From assembly GCA_035388245.1 (NCBI GenBank), contig DAOOPL010000001.1, positions 1 through 58,413 on the forward strand: 58,413 bases of DNA, written 5' to 3'. The number at the start of each line of letters is the position of its first letter. Position 1 is the stretch's first letter. Below are positions 52,507-58,413 of this stretch, in pieces. The position numbers and the translations under genes were made by a program. Source of the stretch: Bacilli bacterium. Its GTDB lineage: Bacteria; Bacillota_I; Bacilli_A; RF39; UBA660. The notes below the pieces were generated by a model. That model searched no databases and had not been told where the DNA came from. It worked only from the letters and a program-made list of their open reading frames with translations.

Positions 52507-53400
52507 ATGTATGATATTATAATTATAGGTAGTGGTCCAGCAGGTATGACATCAGCTATTTATGCACTAAGAGCAGGTAAAAAAGTACTTGTTCTTGAGC
52601 AAGAAAATATTGGTGGTCAAACAGCATTAACAACAATAATTGCTAATTATCCTGGCTTTAAAGAAATAAATGGTCAAGAGTTTGCAAATAACTTATATGA
52701 ACAAGTAATAAATCTAGGAGGAGAAGTAGAACTTCAAACTGTTACAAAAATAGAAGATGGTAAGACAAAAAAAGTAATAACAGAAGAATCTAGTTATGAA
52801 ACTAAAAGTATAATAATAGCAACAGGTACTAAGCATAGAAAATTAGGTCTTGATAATGAAGAAAACTTAGAAGGATCTGGTGTATCTTACTGTGCACTTT
52901 GTGATGGAGCATTTTATAAAGATAAAGAAGTAGGAGTAGTAGGTGGAGGTAATACTGCTATTCAATATGCAATACTACTTTCTAATATATGTAAAAAAGT
53001 ATATATTATACAAATGCTTGATGATTTAACTTGTGAGAAAACATTAAAAGACACATTAAAAACAAAAAGTAATGTTGAATATTACTTTAATAGTGAAGTC
53101 ACAAAGATAATAGGTAATAAATCTTTAGAAAGTATTGAAATAAATAATAAAGATATTATTAATATAGAAGGTTTATTCATAGCAATTGGTCAAATACCAC
53201 AAACAAGTATATTTAAAGACATAATAAAATTAAATGATTATGGTTATATAATTACTAACGACAATCAAGAAACAAATATAAAAGGTATATATGCTGCAGG
53301 TGATTGTTGTGATAAAAAAGTAAGACAATTAACAACAGCAGTAAATGATGGTACAATAGCAGTATTAAATGCAATAAATTATATTGATAAAAGTTTATAA
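52507..53400 (+). CDS. trxB: thioredoxin-disulfide reductase
   Basis: GSGPAGMTSAIYA FAD motif, CALCDG redox centre, GGGNTAIQYA NADPH motif. Confidence 0.85.
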   Translation: MYDIIIIGSGPAGMTSAIYALRAGKKVLVLEQENIGGQTALTTIIANYPGFKEINGQEFANNLYEQVINLGGEVELQTVTKIEDGKTKKVITEESSYETKSIIIATGTKHRKLGLDNEENLEGSGVSYCALCDGAFYKDKEVGVVGGGNTAIQYAILLSNICKKVYIIQMLDDLTCEKTLKDTLKTKSNVEYYFNSEVTKIIGNKSLESIEINNKDIINIEGLFIAIGQIPQTSIFKDIIKLNDYGYIITNDNQETNIKGIYAAGDCCDKKVRQLTTAVNDGTIAVLNAINYIDKSL

Positions 53401-53427
53401 AATATCATTAAATAATGATATTTTTTT
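53399..53427 (+). terminator. rho-independent terminator
   Basis: aatatcatt-aaat-aatgatatt followed by a T-run. Confidence 0.55.
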
Positions 53428-53504
53428 ATTAGTTTTATATTATATAAATATTATTTTTTATAAAAATTATTAATGTATAATAAAGACAGAAAGGGAAAGA
53501 AGGT

Positions 53505-54092
53505 ATGAAAAAATGTATGTTTTGTGGTACTGAAGTGCCCAAGTCTACAAAAAAATGTCCAAATTGTGGGAAAAAATGTATTTCAAGGAAGTGGCTAATT
53601 GTAATAATAATATTTGCAATCATATTACTATTTGGTATTTTTGGAAGTGGAGAGGAAACAACAGATGCTGGTAAAACCACTAAAACAACTACAACAAAGA
53701 AGACATATAGTTTGAATGAAGTGGCAACAATAAAAACAAGCAGTGGAGATTATAAATTAAAAATAACAAAGGTAAAAGAAACTAAAGAAAGAAATCAGTT
53801 CTCTGATACTGAAGCAGATCGTGTAATTGCTATATATTATGAATATGAGAATGTAAGTTATGATGATTCGTTATATATATTTTCTAGTAATTTTAAAGTA
53901 TATGATAAATCAAATACACTTCTAGAAACATATCCAGTACTTACAAAAATAGGAGATAGTATTGGTATTGGTAGAAAAGCAACGGCAGTTGATGCATATG
54001 CATTAAATAATGATAATAATTATATTGAAACAGAATATTATGATAATATACTTTTTGGTACATATGATTGTATATTTGAGATAAGGTGGTAA
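53505..54092 (+). CDS. zinc-ribbon membrane-anchored protein with an extracellular beta-rich (DUF4352-like) domain
   Basis: CMFCGTEVPKSTKKCPNCG zinc ribbon, TM helix LIVIIIFAIILLFGIFG, Thr/Lys linker. Confidence 0.55.
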   Translation: MKKCMFCGTEVPKSTKKCPNCGKKCISRKWLIVIIIFAIILLFGIFGSGEETTDAGKTTKTTTTKKTYSLNEVATIKTSSGDYKLKITKVKETKERNQFSDTEADRVIAIYYEYENVSYDDSLYIFSSNFKVYDKSNTLLETYPVLTKIGDSIGIGRKATAVDAYALNNDNNYIETEYYDNILFGTYDCIFEIRW

Positions 54093-54098
54093 AATATT

Positions 54099-54557
54099 AT
54101 GGCAAAAATAATTAAAATAAATGATGATATTGTACTTATAGGTACTAATGATAGTCGTATTAAAGAAGTAAGAAAAGATGATATTAATTTTGATTTTAAA
54201 GTTGGTGATGAAGTAGAAGTATATGAAACGGAAAATCATTTAATTGTATCAAAAGTAGAAAAAGAATTAACAAATAAAGCAGAAAGTGGAATAAATATTA
54301 ATGTAAGTAATAATAACAATCCTGCTTCACCTATGTATATAGCAAACAATACTAAAGCAGTAAATAAAGTAGTATATTGTCTTTTAGCCTTCTTTTTAGG
54401 AGGTATAGGTATACACAAGTTTTATGCTGGTAAAACAAGTGCAGGGATATTATATATATTATTCTGTTGGACAACAGTACCTATGATAATATCAATAATT
54501 GATTTAATAATTGCTCTTTGTAAAAAACCAGATTCAATAGGAAATATATTAATTTAA
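54099..54557 (+). CDS. TM2 domain-containing membrane protein
   Basis: VYCLLAFFLGGIGIHKFYAGKTSAGILYILFCWT TM2 signature. Confidence 0.7.
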   Translation: MAKIIKINDDIVLIGTNDSRIKEVRKDDINFDFKVGDEVEVYETENHLIVSKVEKELTNKAESGININVSNNNNPASPMYIANNTKAVNKVVYCLLAFFLGGIGIHKFYAGKTSAGILYILFCWTTVPMIISIIDLIIALCKKPDSIGNILI

Positions 54558-54585
54558 ATAGCAGTAATGCTATTTTTTAATAGAA

Positions 54586-54614
54586 TTGACAAAATACTAT
54601 CTTTATAGTATAAT
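54586..54614 (+). promoter_or_regulatory. sigma-70-type promoter of metG
   Basis: TTGACA, 17 nt spacer, TATAAT. Confidence 0.65.
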
Positions 54615-54619
54615 CACAC

Positions 54620-54874
54620 TCATAAAAACCAGTGATAGGAAGAAGTAAAAAATAAAAGCATTAAAGAGAACTCTGTATGGTGAAAAGAGGATGTAGTTAT
54701 TTTTGAACATGGCCCTTAAGGTTAGAAACTGAAATCAAGTAAGTTTTTACAGGTATGCCTGTTATAGCATAAACGTATAAAAGTACGTTACTAAGTCTAA
54801 TATAGTAATATATTAGAGAAGAAGAGTGGTAAAGTGATGTGTTCACCTCTTAGGATTTTCCTAAGAGGTTTTTT
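54620..54874 (+). promoter_or_regulatory. T-box leader (Met specifier candidate AUG)
   Basis: AGAGA box, GGTGAAA distal-loop motif, GAACATGG specifier-loop candidate, T-box core GAGTGGTAAAG (UGGU), terminator CCTCTTAGG-atttt-CCTAAGAGG followed by tttttt. Confidence 0.7.
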
Positions 54875-54893
54875 AATGAAAGGAAGTGTTATT

Positions 54894-56537
54894 ATGAATA
54901 TATTAGTAGGAATAAGTTGGCCATTTGCAAATGGAGAGCTTCATTTAGGTCATGCTGCAAGTAGTTTATCTGGAGATATTATTGCTAGATATCATAGATT
55001 AAAAGGTAATACTGTTGCATTAGTATCAGGTAGTGATTGTCATGGAACTCCAATAGATGTTAAAGCAATACAAACTGGTAAAACAGCAAAAGAAATAGTA
55101 GATGTAGCTCATGAAGATTTATCTAGAGCATTTAAAAGACTAGGTTTTAGTTTTGATCTATATAATAGAACTGATGATCCATATCATAAAGAGTTTGTAC
55201 AAGAACAATTTAAAAAGTATTATGAAAAAGGATATATTTATGAAAAAGAAGAAGAACAATTATATTGTGATAATTGTAAACTTTTCTTAGCAGATCGTTA
55301 TATAGTCGGAGTATGTCCAAAGTGTGGAGCAGATGTTAAGGGAGACGAATGTGAGAAGTGTGGTAGTTTACTTAATATAAAAGATGTTAAAGAAACTAAA
55401 TGTGCTATATGTGGTAGCAAAGCAAATTATAAGAAGACAAAGAATTTATATTTTTCATTTTCTAGTTTTCAAAAAGATTTATGGGATTTAGTAGAAACAC
55501 ATAAAGATGATTGGAGAGAAAATGCAGTATCTTTTACTAAAAAATATCTAAAAGAAGGAATACCAGATAGATGTTGTTCTAGGGTATTAAATTGGGGTAT
55601 TGATTTACCAATTAAAGGATATGAAGATAAAAAAATATATGGATGGACTGAAAATGTATGGGGTTATGTAACCGCATGTAAAAAATATTGTGAATCAGTA
55701 GGTTTAAATTGGGAAGATTTTTGGAAAAAAGGAAGAAATAATAAAATATATTTAGTGCATGCAAAAGATAATATTCCTTTTCATACAATCATATTTCCTG
55801 CTCTTTTACTTGCAACAGGTGATAATTATAAATTACCAGATAAGATAGTATCTGATGAATATATGACTATTGAAGGGGAAAAGTTATCTAAGAGTAAAGG
55901 TAATTATATAGCTATTAATGATATACTTGATAGATATGATGCTGATAGTATTCGTTACTATCTAATAACGCATGAGCCAGTTAGAAAAGACTCTAATTTC
56001 TCTTGGACTGATTATATTAATACACACAATGGTGAATTACTTGGTAAATGGGGTAACTTTATAAATCGTAATCTAGTATTTATAAATAAATCATTTGATG
56101 GTAAATTATCTGCATGTAATATTGATCCAGATATAAAAAATAAATTAATAAATTTATATGATGAAGTTGGATCATTAATTAATGCTGGAGAATGTAAAGA
56201 TGGATTAACAAAAGTATTTGAGTTTATTGGATATATAAATAAATACTTTGATGAGAATGAACCGTGGAACTTATTTAAAACAGATATTAAGAAATGTGAA
56301 GAAGTATTATCAACATGTGTAAATATAATTTATAATGTAAATAATATTCTAAAACCATTCTTACCTTTTTCTTCAATAAAAGTAGAACAATATATAAATG
56401 CTTATAATAAGACATGGGAATATAAAGAAATAAAAGATATAAATATTTCTAAAGATACCCAGCCTTTATATGAGAGACATGATAAGAAATTAATTGAGGA
56501 AGAAACAGATAAGTTGTTAAAATTAAGAAATAAGTAA
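54894..56537 (+). CDS. metG: methionine--tRNA ligase
   Basis: Start moved to MNILVGISWPF (RBS aaaggaag), because the ORF-track start lies inside the T-box terminator. HLGH (HIGH) and KLSKS (KMSKS) motifs. Zn knuckles CPKCG..CEKCG. Confidence 0.9.
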   Translation: MNILVGISWPFANGELHLGHAASSLSGDIIARYHRLKGNTVALVSGSDCHGTPIDVKAIQTGKTAKEIVDVAHEDLSRAFKRLGFSFDLYNRTDDPYHKEFVQEQFKKYYEKGYIYEKEEEQLYCDNCKLFLADRYIVGVCPKCGADVKGDECEKCGSLLNIKDVKETKCAICGSKANYKKTKNLYFSFSSFQKDLWDLVETHKDDWRENAVSFTKKYLKEGIPDRCCSRVLNWGIDLPIKGYEDKKIYGWTENVWGYVTACKKYCESVGLNWEDFWKKGRNNKIYLVHAKDNIPFHTIIFPALLLATGDNYKLPDKIVSDEYMTIEGEKLSKSKGNYIAINDILDRYDADSIRYYLITHEPVRKDSNFSWTDYINTHNGELLGKWGNFINRNLVFINKSFDGKLSACNIDPDIKNKLINLYDEVGSLINAGECKDGLTKVFEFIGYINKYFDENEPWNLFKTDIKKCEEVLSTCVNIIYNVNNILKPFLPFSSIKVEQYINAYNKTWEYKEIKDINISKDTQPLYERHDKKLIEEETDKLLKLRNK

Positions 56538-56562
56538 AACGAATTGTAATTCGTTTTATTTA
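56536..56562 (+). terminator. rho-independent terminator
   Basis: AAAACGAA-ttgtaa-TTCGTTTT followed by a T-rich run. Confidence 0.6.
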
Positions 56563-56600
56563 TTTTTATGATATAATCATATTAAATAATAGGAGTACAT

Positions 56601-58413
56601 ATGAAGTTTAACAAAAGAGATTATATAAACTTATTATTATTAAATATAATTTTTATATTAATAGTATTTATTATTTTAAAAGGTAAGTATTTATATATTT
56701 CTAAAATGGATTACTTATATCAATATATTAATATCTCAGAATATTTCAGGAATTTATTTTATAGTACAAAAGATATATTTCCGGATTTTGCTTTTAACAT
56801 ATCATCTGGAATAAACATATATTATTTATCATATTATGGATTTTTATCTCCATATATATTGTTTTCATATTTATTACCATTTTTAAGTATGCAAGATTAT
56901 TTAGTTTTTTCATCAATATTAATGACTATAGCTAGCACAAATTTATTTTATAAATTTCTTAGAAATAATAATATAAGCCAAAATATTAGTTTTATTACCT
57001 CATTTTTATTTTTATTTGCAGTACCTATAATTTTTCATTCAAAAAGACACATAATGTTTGTAAATTACATGCCTTTTCTAATCCTTTCTCTAATATATAT
57101 TGATAAATATTTTAAAACAAAGAGAATTAGTCCAATTATTATTTGCACAGCTTTAATAATATTTTCTAGTTATATTTATAGTGTACCAAGTATAGTGGTA
57201 ATCGTAATATATTTTATATATAAATACACTTTAAATAATAAAATAAATATTAAAAAGTTTTTAACAATGTTTATAAAGATTTCAATACCAATATCAATTG
57301 CAATACTTTTGTCTAGTATATTAATATTACCCACATTTAATACTTTATTATCTAGTAGAGAAGGTATTAATGTAAATATAATAAATTTATTTATTCCAAC
57401 TATTAATTTAAAATGTTTTCTATATGATGGTTATGGTATGGGTCTTTCAAGTATAAGCTTAATAGCTCTTATTTATGGAATATATTATAAAAAAACTAGA
57501 TTTTTATCTTGTGTATTGATACTACTTATTACTATACCAATATTTAGTTATATATTAAATGGTACACTTTATGTTAGTTCAAAACCATTAATACCTTTTA
57601 TACCACTTGCACTTTACTTAACAGCAGTATTTCTATCAAATATTTTTAATTCAAAATTAAACAAAAATGTAATAAAAATAATAATTATATTACTAATGGT
57701 AGAGGCAGTAGTAATGAATCTTAGATATAATTATAAAGACAATTTATTAACTGAAAAAATTATAGATAAAAAGACACCAAATTTATTAGAAATGCAAAAA
57801 GACACTGGAGTTTATAGAACTGATGTAATTTATAGTGAATTGCAAAATATTAATAAAGTATATAACAATCATAATATCACTACTATATATTCATCAGTTG
57901 AACATCCAGATTATTTAGAATTTTATTATAATAAATTTAATAATGCAATGACACATAGAAACTTTAGAATTATATATGCAAATAATAATTACTTATTTCA
58001 AAGTTATATGGGAGTTAAATATGTAGTTACAAATAAATTGCTAGGACAAGGATATACATTAGTAAATCAATACAAAAATTTAAAATTATATAAGATTAAT
58101 AATTACCGCTCTATAGCATATATTAACAATAATTATATGAGTAAAAATGAATATAGTAATTTACAATATCCATATAATGTAGAAGCATTATTAAAATATA
58201 CAGTATTAGATGAAAATATAAATAGTAATTATAAGACAAAAATTAAAGAAATAAGTTTAGATAATATAGATTTAAAGAAATTTAATTCTAAGTATAAAGA
58301 TTCGGTATATACATTAAAGTTTAATAAAACAACAAAAGTAGAATATAAAACTAATATGAATTTAGATAACAAATTACTATTTATTAGATTTAATATGTTA
58401 GAGAGTAATCCTT
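56601..58413 (+). CDS. YfhO-like polytopic membrane protein (partial, continues past the window end; absent from the ORF track)
   Basis: RBS aggag 5 nt before ATG 56601. I translated the frame by hand and found no stop up to 58413. Many TM helices come first, then a soluble C-terminal part (MGVKYVVTNK). The YfhO assignment rests on general resemblance only. Confidence 0.55.
   Translation, partial: MKFNKRDYINLLLLNIIFILIVFIILKGKYLYISKMDYLYQYINISEYFRNLFYSTKDIFPDFAFNISSGINIYYLSYYGFLSPYILFSYLLPFLSMQDYLVFSSILMTIASTNLFYKFLRNNNISQNISFITSFLFLFAVPIIFHSKRHIMFVNYMPFLILSLIYIDKYFKTKRISPIIICTALIIFSSYIYSVPSIVVIVIYFIYKYTLNNKINIKKFLTMFIKISIPISIAILLSSILILPTFNTLLSSREGINVNIINLFIPTINLKCFLYDGYGMGLSSISLIALIYGIYYKKTRFLSCVLILLITIPIFSYILNGTLYVSSKPLIPFIPLALYLTAVFLSNIFNSKLNKNVIKIIIILLMVEAVVMNLRYNYKDNLLTEKIIDKKTPNLLEMQKDTGVYRTDVIYSELQNINKVYNNHNITTIYSSVEHPDYLEFYYNKFNNAMTHRNFRIIYANNNYLFQSYMGVKYVVTNKLLGQGYTLVNQYKNLKLYKINNYRSIAYINNNYMSKNEYSNLQYPYNVEALLKYTVLDENINSNYKTKIKEISLDNIDLKKFNSKYKDSVYTLKFNKTTKVEYKTNMNLDNKLLFIRFNMLESNP

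Noticed and set aside
54834-54893. ORF-track start of metG at 54834 (MMCSPLRIFLRGFLMKGSVI...)
   Set aside because: These codons are the T-box terminator hairpin (CCTCTTAGG-atttt-CCTAAGAGG-tttttt). The RBS-preceded ATG at 54894 gives the canonical MetRS N-terminus.

Overview
The window is very AT-rich and reads as a monoderm (Bacillota-like) chromosome using the standard genetic code. Supporting signs are TGA used as a stop codon, a T-box leader, RNase Y and Gram-positive-style ribosome binding sites. Recognisable housekeeping genes flank and interrupt accessory material: ppdK, trmL, rmuC, rny, recG, an nrdG/nrdD/trxB module, metG and an 8-gene tRNA operon.

The main feature is a roughly 20 kb same-strand cluster at 11086-31415. 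It joins two machineries:
- A Tad/type IVc-like pilus set: a CpaB-like protein, a TadA/CpaF-like ATPase, TadB/TadC-like platform proteins, a 49-aa Flp-like pilin absent from the ORF track, and pseudopilin-like proteins.
- A Gram-positive-type type IV secretion set: two VirB2-like small proteins, VirB6-like, VirB3/PrgI-like, a split VirB4, a SpoIID+CHAP wall hydrolase, a lipoprotein and a VirD4 coupling protein.

Large Cys-rich secreted proteins sit at the 5' end of the cluster. No relaxase, integrase or replication gene is visible in the window.

Other notable items:
- tRNA-Thr(UGU) and tRNA-Tyr(GUA) are each interrupted in the anticodon loop by paralogous group I (Azoarcus/IC3-like) introns carrying PD-(D/E)XK-type homing endonuclease ORFs.
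- A truncated, apparently catalytically dead NrdD paralog lies next to an NrdD fused to a thioredoxin-like domain, followed by TrxB.
- Tandem paralogs are translationally coupled to a Xer-type recombinase.
- There is a HerA-like ATPase with no partner gene.
- There are two unassigned structured RNA candidates.

All family calls come from motifs read by eye. No database search was run.
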